The notes under the pieces were generated by a model that was given only the letters and a program-made list of their open reading frames with translations, was not told the origin of the DNA and made no database searches. 64,000 bases of DNA, from positions 64,001 through 128,000 of the forward strand of contig JBMOPW010000014.1 in the NCBI GenBank assembly GCA_049322915.1, written 5' to 3'. Below are positions 38,740 to 47,078 of this stretch, piece by piece; position 1 is the first letter of the stretch; every line of letters begins with the position of its first letter. This stretch comes from Candidatus Zhuqueibacterota bacterium. Its GTDB lineage: Bacteria > Zhuqueibacterota > Zhuqueibacteria > Thermofontimicrobiales > Thermofontimicrobiaceae. The translations under genes were made by a program, and so were the position numbers.

Positions 38740-39642
38740 ATGATGACTTCAACAGAACGAATTGCGGTGATTGGGGCCGGCCGGTTGGGAGCAGCGCTAT
38801 CCAAGGCGCTTGCCCGACTTCCGCATTTTCGCGTTTCGAGCATCATCGACAAAGATATCCAACGCGCCGCCAACTGTGCCCGCCAGGTGAATGCATCACA
38901 TTTTTCAGATACAATATCAGAATTAAAATCCGTTGATCTTATTTTTGTGGCTGTTTCTGATGATGCCATCCCCCTGGTCGCTGACGACCTGGTCACGCTG
39001 GCTCGCGGAACAAAAATTGCCCATTTTGTCTTTCATACGTCCGGCGCTCTGTCGATGGATGTGTTCAATGGATTGCGGCCATTCGATATTGAAATTGGCA
39101 GCCTGCACCCTATCCAGACTTTTGCCGGTCGTTCGGATGAGGCAGCAAAACTTCAGCACATCTATTTTGGCATTGAGGGCACTGAAAAAGGGATTGCCCG
39201 GTTAATCGAAATGGTCACTGCGCTGAACTCGAACTATCTGGTCATTCCAGCCGATGAGAAGCCATTGTACCACGCGGCGTGCCTGTTTGCATCCAATTAT
39301 GTGGTTGCATTGATGAAACCAGTCGTGGCAATTTTCAATCACCTGGGTTTTGATGAAATGGAGAGCCAATCGATTGTCTATCCGCTCGCGTTGAACACAC
39401 TTGAAAACATGAAAGAGAATGGATTGGGGGCGGCGCTGACCGGGCCGTTGTCGCGAGGTGACATAGGCACTATTACCAGGCATATTCAATTAATTAAAAA
39501 ACATTTCCCTGAATACGAAGCTGCTTACAAAGAATTAGGGCGGATTGCCCTGAAATTTAAATCGGTCCAGACGGCGCTTCCGGCAGAGGTCTTCAGGCAA
39601 ATACGACAACTTTTGAGCGACAAGGATGAAGACGATGATTGA
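38740..39642 (+). CDS. Rossmann-like + DUF2520 oxidoreductase (PanG-like)
   Basis: IGAGRLG, HTSGA, LHPIQTF, YHAA..FASN, LTGPLSRGD. Confidence 0.9.
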   Translation: MMTSTERIAVIGAGRLGAALSKALARLPHFRVSSIIDKDIQRAANCARQVNASHFSDTISELKSVDLIFVAVSDDAIPLVADDLVTLARGTKIAHFVFHTSGALSMDVFNGLRPFDIEIGSLHPIQTFAGRSDEAAKLQHIYFGIEGTEKGIARLIEMVTALNSNYLVIPADEKPLYHAACLFASNYVVALMKPVVAIFNHLGFDEMESQSIVYPLALNTLENMKENGLGAALTGPLSRGDIGTITRHIQLIKKHFPEYEAAYKELGRIALKFKSVQTALPAEVFRQIRQLLSDKDEDDD

Positions 39643-40438
39643 GACATTGGCTGACTATCACATTCATACATCATTTTGCAATCATGCATCCGGAACGATG
39701 CGGCAGTATGTCGAATCCGCCATTCAAACGGGCCTGCGTGAAATGGGATTTTCCGATCACAATCCGTTTCTCGATAATTACGTGAGCGCGTATCGCATGC
39801 GTCCCCAGGATTTTGAAATCTACATGAACACGATTGAAGAATTGCAGGAAACCTTCCCGGAGATTGCAATTAAAAAAGGGATCGAACTCGATTTTATCCC
39901 CAGCGCCATGGATTATATCGAGGCTTTTTCCAAAAAGTATCCGTTCGATTATATCATCGGGAGCGTTCATTATCTGGAGTTGAATGGGCTGAAACACGTC
40001 ACCTATCTCAATGATCTGAAAGAAAGGAACTTGCCCGATTTGTTCAGGAAGTATTTTAACTCGATTGCCCGGGCAGCGAGCACGGGTATTTTTAATATCA
40101 TTGCTCATTTCGATTTGCCGCGACGATTTTGGGGCGATCTGCCGGCCGAGAGTTATCGCGATGCAGAAAATGCCCTGCGCGCCATCAAAGAACATGATGT
40201 ATCTGTGGAAATTAACACCTCCGGATTCCGGACAAAACATATCGAAGAGCCGTTTCCGGGCAACCATATTCTGGAAATGGTGAAGCAGATGGAAATCCCG
40301 ATCACCCTGGGTTCGGACTCTCACACCCCGGACGATGTGGCGAGTTATTTTTCTGAGACCGTTATCATGTTGAAAAGTCTCGGTTTTAAATATATCAATA
40401 AATTTTCCAGTCAAAAAAGATCGATTGTTCCTCTTTAA
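39626..40438 (+). CDS. Histidinol-phosphatase, PHP/HisJ family
   Basis: DYHIHT, SDH, IGSVH, AHFDL, EINTSG, GSDSH. Confidence 0.88.
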   Translation: MKTMIETLADYHIHTSFCNHASGTMRQYVESAIQTGLREMGFSDHNPFLDNYVSAYRMRPQDFEIYMNTIEELQETFPEIAIKKGIELDFIPSAMDYIEAFSKKYPFDYIIGSVHYLELNGLKHVTYLNDLKERNLPDLFRKYFNSIARAASTGIFNIIAHFDLPRRFWGDLPAESYRDAENALRAIKEHDVSVEINTSGFRTKHIEEPFPGNHILEMVKQMEIPITLGSDSHTPDDVASYFSETVIMLKSLGFKYINKFSSQKRSIVPL

Positions 40439-40467
40439 CAAGAGTGAATCATCATTTTGGAGGGAGT

Positions 40468-42330
40468 ATGTTTGTACGAAAGATAGTGCCGTTTTTTCTC
40501 ATAGCTTTTATCCTCTTCAGTTGCTCGAAACAGGTGGACACCCTGGTGGATTGGCGTCCATCCCAGCCTAAAGCCGGCGATGCAGTGACAATTCATTTCC
40601 ATCCAAAGAAGTCGGAACATCTCAGCGCCAACACGGATTCACTGTATATTGTGTATCAAATTCAAAATACGCTGCGGGAGCAGATATCCCGTGCGCCGAT
40701 GAGCCTTCGGAATGGTGTATGGACAACCGAAATTCAAACCGGCTCGGAGTTCCTGGTCCTGAATTTCAAGTTTGAAGACAATCAGGGCCGCGCTGAAGAC
40801 AATGCCGGAAAAAGGTGGTCGATTTTTCTTCGCGATTCAGATGGACGCGTTCAAAAAGATAGCCATTACCTGGTTGGCGATTTCCTCAACCGAATGGATC
40901 CCACGCAATACGCATTTAGCAGCGCCTATGCCATGGCAGAGTTCGAAAAAGAACTCGAGCGATACCCCCTGAATTACAGCGTCTGGTTCGATTTCTGGTT
41001 CACCCAATTGATGAATACAGAACAGAAAATGGCGACCCTGGCGCGCATCAGACATCAATTCGATAGTCTCAGGACGACTGCTCAGGATAATCCCGAATTC
41101 CTTCATCTTGGATTCCGGACGAATTCGATGTTGCTCAAAGATATTCCAACAGCCATCGGATTTGGGGAACGGCTCGTGGCAGAGTACAAAGAATATCCTC
41201 AGGCTGAAGAGACAGCGCTTTCGCTCATTTACCTGAAACACGGGGGATCGGTGACTGACGTTGTCGCCGGCCTGAAGAAGTTGGCGGAGTCGGCAAAGGA
41301 CGAGAAAATTTTGAAAAGCCTGAACTATCAATTGGGCAACATTTTTCAGCAGCATCGGGATGTCGACAATGCAATTAAATATTTAAAACGGGTGATTGAA
41401 ATTGATAAAACCGAAATACCGGTTCGGTTGTCCCTTGCCCGGCTTTATCTTCAAAAAAAGGATTTTGATGCAGCGGACAGAATGATCCAACAGGCGGCGG
41501 CCAATTTCACAACGGACAATTTCATTCGATCAAATCCGTGGGAGCATCCCTCACAACGCTTATCATGGCTGAATTTGAATCGCTGCCAGGTTCATTCGAT
41601 GCGGGCCGCACTCGATTTTGAATTGGGTGAATACCACCAAGCCATTGAAAATCGAAAGATCACATTGTCGCTGGGAACGCCGTTCCCGGCATTCGAATGG
41701 ACACAAATCGGCGACGCTTACATGAAGACGAACGAAATGGATAGCGCCATGTTCGCCTATCTGCGGGCCGTGAGCATCAACAATGCCCAGGAAGACGCGA
41801 TTCAGTCTTTGAAAAATATCTATCAGAAAATGAATGGCGCGCCGGATCATTTTGAAGCGTGGATGCTGGAAGAAGTCGAGAAGATAAATAAGGCCGCAGC
41901 GAAGAAAGCGCCGGAGTTTGAACTGACTGATTTGGCAGGTGAGCGAGCTCGATTGGCTGACCAGCGGGGTAAGGTAGTCGTTCTGACCTTCTGGGATAGC
42001 TGGAGCCGGGAGTGTCAATTGGAGTTGCCGCAACTCAACACGCTGACCAATTCTTTCAAAGATGATCAGTCCGTTGTGTTCTGGGCCATCTCAGTGGAAG
42101 CCCCTGTTTCCGTGACGGCATTTATTAAAAAGAATCCCTTCACGTTCAGGTTGTTCCCATCAGGATTAGACGTGAAAAAAATGTACGAAATCATTGGCTA
42201 TCCAACTCATATAATCATCGATAAAAACGGCTCGATCCGATACACCCAAATCGGTTTTTCCGGGGATATCCATAACAAATTGCAACAGGAAATTCAGCGA
42301 TTGTCAGATGAAAATGAGGTCGCGTCCTGA
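40468..42330 (+). CDS. TPR + TlpA-like redoxin lipoprotein
   Basis: Signal peptide ending LFSC, TPR-like helices, APEFELTDL.G..GKVVVLTFWDSWSREC, YPTHIIID. Confidence 0.85.
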   Translation: MFVRKIVPFFLIAFILFSCSKQVDTLVDWRPSQPKAGDAVTIHFHPKKSEHLSANTDSLYIVYQIQNTLREQISRAPMSLRNGVWTTEIQTGSEFLVLNFKFEDNQGRAEDNAGKRWSIFLRDSDGRVQKDSHYLVGDFLNRMDPTQYAFSSAYAMAEFEKELERYPLNYSVWFDFWFTQLMNTEQKMATLARIRHQFDSLRTTAQDNPEFLHLGFRTNSMLLKDIPTAIGFGERLVAEYKEYPQAEETALSLIYLKHGGSVTDVVAGLKKLAESAKDEKILKSLNYQLGNIFQQHRDVDNAIKYLKRVIEIDKTEIPVRLSLARLYLQKKDFDAADRMIQQAAANFTTDNFIRSNPWEHPSQRLSWLNLNRCQVHSMRAALDFELGEYHQAIENRKITLSLGTPFPAFEWTQIGDAYMKTNEMDSAMFAYLRAVSINNAQEDAIQSLKNIYQKMNGAPDHFEAWMLEEVEKINKAAAKKAPEFELTDLAGERARLADQRGKVVVLTFWDSWSRECQLELPQLNTLTNSFKDDQSVVFWAISVEAPVSVTAFIKKNPFTFRLFPSGLDVKKMYEIIGYPTHIIIDKNGSIRYTQIGFSGDIHNKLQQEIQRLSDENEVAS

Positions 42331-42414
42331 GGAATGATTCGTACCCATGAACTGTACGCGGGATGAGCACTGGCCGGATTTTCCCGGCGATTGAACCAAG
42401 AAAAATTGTTTGCG

Positions 42415-43668
42415 ATGAAATTTGAAATCAGAAACCGAGACCATTACGAAGAACTTGAAAATAAAATATTAGCTCCCTTTGCCACAAAAAGCCAGGGAGC
42501 GCATGCCACGCGTATCCACGCAGAGGACGAACATCCCTATCGAACCGCTTTCCAGCGCGACCGCGACCGAATCATCCATTCCCGCGCATTCCGACGACTC
42601 AAGCACAAGCAGCAAGTATTTCTCATCAGCGATGGCGATCATTATCGCACCCGACTAACCCACACGCTGGAAGTGTCGCAATTATCGAGAACATTGGCCA
42701 AGGCGCTGGGATTGAACGAGGAGTTGGTCGAGGCGATTGCGTTGGGCCATGACCTGGGGCATACACCTTTCGGGCACATCGGCGAAGTGGTGCTCAATGC
42801 CATCCTGTCCGGCAAGGATGATCTGAATGGTCTGCTTCCCGGCGAAAATCTGGGCGGCTTCAAGCACAATTACCAGAGCGTGCGGGTGGTTGATTGGATT
42901 GAAAAAAAATATCATTTCGCCGGACTCAATCTGACTTCCTCTGTGCGGGAAGGAATTCTCAAGCATACGCGCTTGTTGCGCGATTTATATTCGTATCCGA
43001 AAATGGAAATGCGAGGTCTGAATTTTCAGATCGATGTCGCTACGACGCTGGAAGGGCAGGTGGTGGCCGTCTGCGATGAGATCGCCCAGCGCACCCATGA
43101 TCTCGAGGATGGGATTATTGCCAAACTGGTCAGCCTCGAACAGGTCAGGCAGGTGGAAATCATCCAAAGGGTTGAGGCGAAAATGGCTGCTGCCGCGGTA
43201 AACACCAATGATGAATTTAGTTATAAAAATTATCTCATCAATGGATTGATCAATCTGCTCATCGATGATGTCATCACGACGACTTTGGACAATATCAGAA
43301 AATTCTATGATCGGACGCAGCGGCTGGAGTATTTTGATGTGGAAATTGTTCGCTTCAGTGAAGATATAGAACCGCTTCAATTTCAATTAGATCGGTTCAT
43401 CCACAAGGAAATTATTTTCAAGCGCAACGCCGATGAGCTCAATGCGCACAATAAAAATATCGTGCGAGAACTTTTCATCCACTTTGTGAAGAATCCGGAA
43501 CGAACTCCCGGTTACATTCGAAAGCAATTTGTGGTGGATCCCGCTCACACGTTATGTTCAGAAGACATCGCCGGGAATCCGATGAATATCCGAACCATTG
43601 CAGATTATGTGGCTGGTATGACCGATCGGTATGCACTGGCGGAATTGAATAACATTGCCAAACGATGA
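42415..43668 (+). CDS. dgt: dGTP triphosphohydrolase-like HD protein
   Basis: FQRDRDRIIHS.AFRRL, RTRLTHTLEV, HDLGHTPFGH, DYVAGMTD. Confidence 0.93.
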   Translation: MKFEIRNRDHYEELENKILAPFATKSQGAHATRIHAEDEHPYRTAFQRDRDRIIHSRAFRRLKHKQQVFLISDGDHYRTRLTHTLEVSQLSRTLAKALGLNEELVEAIALGHDLGHTPFGHIGEVVLNAILSGKDDLNGLLPGENLGGFKHNYQSVRVVDWIEKKYHFAGLNLTSSVREGILKHTRLLRDLYSYPKMEMRGLNFQIDVATTLEGQVVAVCDEIAQRTHDLEDGIIAKLVSLEQVRQVEIIQRVEAKMAAAAVNTNDEFSYKNYLINGLINLLIDDVITTTLDNIRKFYDRTQRLEYFDVEIVRFSEDIEPLQFQLDRFIHKEIIFKRNADELNAHNKNIVRELFIHFVKNPERTPGYIRKQFVVDPAHTLCSEDIAGNPMNIRTIADYVAGMTDRYALAELNNIAKR

Positions 43669-43731
43669 AGCGAGTGGGGCATATCAGCAAAAAATTAAAA
43701 TTGGAATTAGCTCCGTCAGGATTGAAATAAC

Positions 43732-44598
43732 ATGACTATTAAATTTGAGAATATCAGCTACGCATACGATGGTAATTTGCCGCAGAAACGGCACGTATTA
43801 AAAAACATCGATCTGGAAATCAGAGACGGTGAGTTTGTTGGTATCATTGGGCCGACCGGATCGGGAAAGACAACGCTGCTGCAGCATTTCACCGGGTTAT
43901 TGCAACCGGCGTCCGGTAAGATATTTGTGAATGGGGAAGATATCTGGAGCAAGAAATATCCACTGAACGAACTGAGAAAAAAAATCGGGCTTGTGTTTCA
44001 ATTTCCAGAATCACAATTATTCGAAGAGACAGTGGCTGAGGATGTAGCCTTTGGACCGAAATCGCTGGGCTTGAGCGAACAGGAAATTGAACAGCGGGTT
44101 CAACAGGCGCTGGAAATGGTGGGACTGGTCGGTGAAGAGATAAACAACAGGTCCCCCCATCAATTGAGTGAAGGTGAAAAGCGGCGAGTTGCGATAGCGG
44201 GCGTACTGGCCATGGCGCCGGAAGTCTTGATTTTGGATGAACCCACGGCCTGTCTGGACCCGTCCGGTATCAAATCAATTATGAAAATACTGAGGCATCT
44301 TCACAAAGACGGGACGACCATTGTGATGATCACGCACAATATGGATGTGATCACACAACTGGCCGAGCGCATCATCATTCTGAACCTGGGGATGAAGTAC
44401 TTCGATGGTGCAATTTCTGAAATCTACACCGATGAACATATATTCAACGATATCGACCTTGAGATCCCGCGCATCGTGCGATTGAGCCGGTATTTGGCCG
44501 CACAAGGATTAATAGATACAAAAAATATAGGCACTTTGGATGAGTTGAAGGGCAAAATTAAGCAGTTACAGAGCCTGACCGACGTTTGTTCAGGTTGA
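43732..44598 (+). CDS. ECF transporter ATPase (EcfA2/CbiO-like)
   Basis: GPTGSGKTT, VFQFPESQLFEETV..DVAFGP, RRVAIAGVLAM.PEVLILDEPT. Confidence 0.92.
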   Translation: MTIKFENISYAYDGNLPQKRHVLKNIDLEIRDGEFVGIIGPTGSGKTTLLQHFTGLLQPASGKIFVNGEDIWSKKYPLNELRKKIGLVFQFPESQLFEETVAEDVAFGPKSLGLSEQEIEQRVQQALEMVGLVGEEINNRSPHQLSEGEKRRVAIAGVLAMAPEVLILDEPTACLDPSGIKSIMKILRHLHKDGTTIVMITHNMDVITQLAERIIILNLGMKYFDGAISEIYTDEHIFNDIDLEIPRIVRLSRYLAAQGLIDTKNIGTLDELKGKIKQLQSLTDVCSG

Positions 44599-44811
44599 AT
44601 TATTTTCGAACAAGAAGTGATCGAATTATGGTCAACATCATTTTTCGATCAGTAGGGTAATTTTGGACAGTGGCCGGCATTCTTTTCTTGCTAATACTTA
44701 ATAGATGTAATGATAATTATAATAATAATAACATAGTTAAAAAGAATAAATATACTTAGAAAATTCCAAAACAATGAGATAGGATTGTAATAAATTATCT
44801 GAACTAAAAAC

Positions 44812-44827
44812 TGGCATGATTGTTGTT
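44812..44827 (+). promoter_or_regulatory. sigma54-like promoter (-12 variant TTGT)
   Basis: TGGCAT-GATTG-TTGTT after an AT-rich stretch, upstream of the activator gene. Confidence 0.45.
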
Positions 44828-45048
44828 AAGGTTAGCATGAATTTAAACACATACTCTGAATGTTAAAGTAAATTAGCTATTGGCCGATATTTGTTTTAGG
44901 GTAAGCATCTTTGGTCAGGCAACTTAACAGCCCCAACGAAGTTTTGCAGTATAGGCATCATTGGAATCGCAACCTAAACTTGGTTGGGGTTGTCTTTTTT
45001 TAACTGGAGTTTGAAAGAAATTTGAGTTAAAAAGGAAACGGGGCCAGC

Positions 45049-46137
45049 ATGAATAATTTTGCTGAGGAACTTGATCTGAGCTGGGCGGAAACCAGCTTAG
45101 AGGCTCCTGAGGAAATAACGCAGAGTTGGGGTAAAAATTTTGGCTTTGACTATTATTATCCATTGGTTAGCCGAAGTTTGCAAATAAAAGAAATCTTACG
45201 ACTCATTAAAAAGGTCGCCAAGAGCAACGCCAGCATTTTAATACAGGGTGAAACCGGAACCGGAAAGGAATTGATAGCGGGATTAATTCAATTCATAAGT
45301 TTGCGATCAAATAAGCCCTACGTAAAAGTCAATTGTGCCGCCTTACCTGAAAATCTGTTGGAGAGCGAGCTATTCGGACATGAGAAAGGCTCTTTCACCG
45401 GCGCGTATCAGACTCGAATTGGTAAATTTGAGCAGGCCAATAATGGCACGCTATTCCTCGATGAAATTGGCGATATGAATTTTTCCACCCAGGCAAAGAT
45501 ACTCCGGGTTTTGCAGGATCAGGAATTCTCCCGGGTCGGTGGAAATAAAACGATTAGTGTGGATGTGAGAATTATCACCGCCACCAATAAAGACCTCTGG
45601 AAACAAATCGAAATGGGCAATTTTCGGGACGACCTGTATTATCGATTGAATGTCGTTACGATTAATGTGCCGCCGTTGCGCGAACGTAAAGAGGACATCC
45701 CGCTCATTGCGGAGTTTTTTCGGAGAAAATTTAGCAGTGAATTGAGAAAGCACACCCGTGGTTTCACCGAAGATACCATGAAGCTGATCAAGAACCACCA
45801 ATGGCCAGGGAACATCCGCGAGCTCAAAAACATCATCGAACGCGCGGTGCTCGTCGTGGAGGAAGGCGAAATGATCACTGCGGACGATCTCTCTCTCACA
45901 GGTAAAGACTACTTTGCAGCTGGAGGACGTGATCGACGAAAAAATATTGGAGAGAACTGGGGCTTCAATACGTTGAAATTAGAGGAACTCGAACGCGAGG
46001 CAATTCTCCAGGCTTTGGAGATCAGCCATTGGGTTCAGAAAGAAGCGGCAAAATTGCTGGGTGTTTCACCGCGGTCTCTCAACTACAAGGTCAAATTCCA
46101 CGGTATTACGCATACAAGCTGGAAAAAGAATATCTGA
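45049..46137 (+). CDS. sigma54-dependent enhancer-binding protein lacking an N-terminal sensor
   Basis: GETGTGKE, ESELFGHEKGSFTGA, FLDEIG, FRDDLYYRL, WPGNIREL, Fis-type HTH; only about 40 aa precede the AAA+ domain. Confidence 0.93.
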   Translation: MNNFAEELDLSWAETSLEAPEEITQSWGKNFGFDYYYPLVSRSLQIKEILRLIKKVAKSNASILIQGETGTGKELIAGLIQFISLRSNKPYVKVNCAALPENLLESELFGHEKGSFTGAYQTRIGKFEQANNGTLFLDEIGDMNFSTQAKILRVLQDQEFSRVGGNKTISVDVRIITATNKDLWKQIEMGNFRDDLYYRLNVVTINVPPLRERKEDIPLIAEFFRRKFSSELRKHTRGFTEDTMKLIKNHQWPGNIRELKNIIERAVLVVEEGEMITADDLSLTGKDYFAAGGRDRRKNIGENWGFNTLKLEELEREAILQALEISHWVQKEAAKLLGVSPRSLNYKVKFHGITHTSWKKNI

Positions 46138-46158
46138 GAAATTCATATACATACATTG

Positions 46159-46187
46159 AAAAGCCTTCCAACGAGAAGGCTTTTTTT
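46159..46187 (+). terminator. Intrinsic terminator
   Basis: aaaagccttc/gaaggctttt stem plus T run after the activator stop. Confidence 0.8.
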
Positions 46188-46932
46188 ATTTCTCCTTTCA
46201 TCTTCAAACAAACACCACCTGAAATTATTCTGCTATTCTAAAAGTCGTCCGGAACGTTTCCAAACGGGCGACGACTTCAATCAAATCCATCAGCACATAT
46301 TTCGGAGTCGTGGTATTTTTACAACTGGCCGACGACGATTGATACTTCCGTCTGGTAAAAAGTATCGATGTAAAGCAAATGCCTGTTGGCCTTGATTTGA
46401 TGAGCGCCGCGCGTGAGCCCTGTCCGGTGAAATTACGGTTACCCGACCAGCGACTGACTCAGCCGCGTGTTCGTTGTATTTTTACAGGCGAGTGCTACGA
46501 ACAGTCAGCTCCCAGTCGGTCCTTTTTTCTGCATTCGCGGAACTGAGAAAGATACTTTAAATTGGGTGCGTGCACTATTACAACCGCTCCACTACCTCAT
46601 TTTATAATTGTCAGATTTCCTGCCGGGGACAAAACCACTTATTGAAATAATCCAAGTACCAATGTTACTATTTTATTTTATTCACCAGAATCAGGATAAA
46701 ATTTTAATGATTGCCTGCCATTAATAAAAAATATTACATGACGATAATATTAGTAACTGATGTTACAGAATAGAATCATTTCCTGATCTTTTCTCGGGTC
46801 ATGAAAAAGCATAACCCATTATTAAAACGTTTCAATTCTGAATTACTAACATGTAATGAAATGATTAACAAGCAAATAACATTGAATAGATATATTATTT
46901 AAAATAAATCAATTACAAAGACCAAAAATAAA

Positions 46933-46948
46933 TGGCACGCATATTGTG
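46933..46948 (+). promoter_or_regulatory. sigma54-like promoter (-12 variant TTGT)
   Basis: TGGCAC-GCATA-TTGTG about 130 bp before the 47079 start. Confidence 0.5.
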
Positions 46949-47078
46949 AATAACAGGAAACGGGTATAACGCCATTTACATGGATGTTACTTTTTTCTCT
47001 CAAACGATTCGAAATTGATTTCAAGATTTAAACGGGGGAACTGGAATTAATCTGGGTGAAGTTCTAAGGGCTGCTACT

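Noticed and set aside
42415..43668. dGTPase as an anti-phage defence gene
   Set aside because: Looks like the housekeeping Dgt type and sits among core genes.
44880..45040. c-di-GMP riboswitch in the activator leader
   Set aside because: No GGCAAA..GAAA..GACGCAAA class I pattern; kept only as an unassigned hairpin.
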